From Alphaproteobacteria bacterium (GTDB taxonomy: Bacteria > Pseudomonadota > Alphaproteobacteria > GCA-2731375): a DNA stretch of 64,000 nucleotides. The position numbers were made by a program, and so were the translations under genes. The notes below the pieces were generated by a model. That model saw only the letters and a list, made by a program, of their open reading frames with translations. It did no database searches and was not told where the DNA came from. The stretch spans positions 394,860 to 458,859 of the forward strand of contig CBDDBZ010000037.1 of the NCBI GenBank assembly GCA_965225945.1, read 5' to 3'. Below are positions 63,146 to 64,000 of the stretch, piece by piece. Each line of letters starts with the position of its first letter. Position 1 is the first letter of the stretch.

Positions 63146-64000
63146 ATGGATCCCTTCGAACCGATCCGTTCCAAGGCAGCGGCACTTCATGAAGAATTGC
63201 TCTCGGAGGGGAAAGACCCGTTCGATCCGCTCGCTCTTGTTCAAGCTGCCGTGGAGCGCCGCGATCTGGACCTCGCATGGCTGCCGCAGGGTGACCCGGC
63301 ACTGAAGGGCGCGCGGGCTCTATACGACGACCAGGGCGGAACGATTTGCTGCGAGGAGGAAGGTGATCCAGCAACCCGGGCGCTACTCGTCGCGCACGAA
63401 CTTGGACATTCCGAACTTCACGCTGGCTCCGTGACTTGCGCCGGATCCGATATCGATCCCTCGCGGAGCACCGAGGCTGCGCCAGTTGGTCTACAGCGTG
63501 TCGAGGATTACGGCGCGCGCGAGCGGCGCGAACTGCAGGCCAATGTTTACGCGCGCGAGCTTCTGCTCCCGCGCACCTTTGTGCGCGGGCTGCACCTCGA
63601 GCAGAATGTGACCGGCGCAGCGATCGCTGACCGAACGAAATTTCCCGTGGCGCTGGTTCGGCAACAAATGTTTGACGCGTTGCTCCTGCCGCCGATGGCG
63701 GTCGACGACGAGTCCACACCCGAGCCACCGTCTGCACGCAAGCCCGATCCGTCCCAAGAACGCGCTGCGGCGCACCGCGGCAAGCCCTTTCAGTTACAGG
63801 CAGGGCCCGGAACCGGCAAAACGCGAACGCTGGTCAAACGCGTGCTCTCACTGCTGCGCGAAGACATCGATCCGGCCGCGATCCTTATTCTGACTTTCTC
63901 CAATCGCGCCGCCGGCGAGCTGTCGGAGCGACTGACGGCGGCCGCGCCAGAGGCGGCATCAAAACTCTGGATCGGAACATTTCACGCCTTTGGTCTCGAT
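63146..64000 (+). CDS. ImmA/IrrE metallopeptidase fused to a UvrD/REP SF1 helicase (runs off the window)
   Basis: Not in the ORF track. Manual translation MDPFEPIRSKAAAL...LVAHELGH...RELQANVYARELLLP...DPSQERAA...QAGPGTGKTRTLVKR...ILTFSNRAAGELSERL...IGTFHAFGLD. Confidence 0.88.
   Translation, partial: MDPFEPIRSKAAALHEELLSEGKDPFDPLALVQAAVERRDLDLAWLPQGDPALKGARALYDDQGGTICCEEEGDPATRALLVAHELGHSELHAGSVTCAGSDIDPSRSTEAAPVGLQRVEDYGARERRELQANVYARELLLPRTFVRGLHLEQNVTGAAIADRTKFPVALVRQQMFDALLLPPMAVDDESTPEPPSARKPDPSQERAAAHRGKPFQLQAGPGTGKTRTLVKRVLSLLREDIDPAAILILTFSNRAAGELSERLTAAAPEAASKLWIGTFHAFGLD

Overview
GC-rich, probably alphaproteobacterial (inference from IS and gene types) mosaic defence island that is heavily invaded by IS elements; it contains no housekeeping genes. 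Left to right: the end of an IS21-like element; an intact type I R-M operon (hsdM-hsdS-hsdR-M48 peptidase) followed by an Abi/HEPN-like gene broken by a 106-bp tandem duplication; IS6, IS1182/IS5-like, IS256, IS3, IS21, IS1595, IS630 and IS5 elements or remnants; a tyrosine integrase next to a 3' fragment of tRNA-Met (att site); a disrupted membrane-effector + ThsB-like TIR pair; a VapC/Phd TA pair; and a tandem cluster of related tyrosine integrases. At 42.3-57.3 kb is a lower-GC DNA phosphorothioation locus: an intact SspABCD-like modification arm (cysteine desulfurase, DUF4007, ATPase, PAPS reductase) plus a GIY-YIG and a DGQHR gene, converging on a Pbe-like arm (DndD-like ABC ATPase, dnd_assoc_4 protein, PLD-helicase). 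Two genes of that second arm are precisely interrupted by copies of one IS5. The window ends with a TIR protein, an outer-membrane beta-barrel, and a sigma-like / small protein / IrrE-peptidase-UvrD helicase fusion operon that runs off the end. All family assignments come from motif recognition, without database searches.
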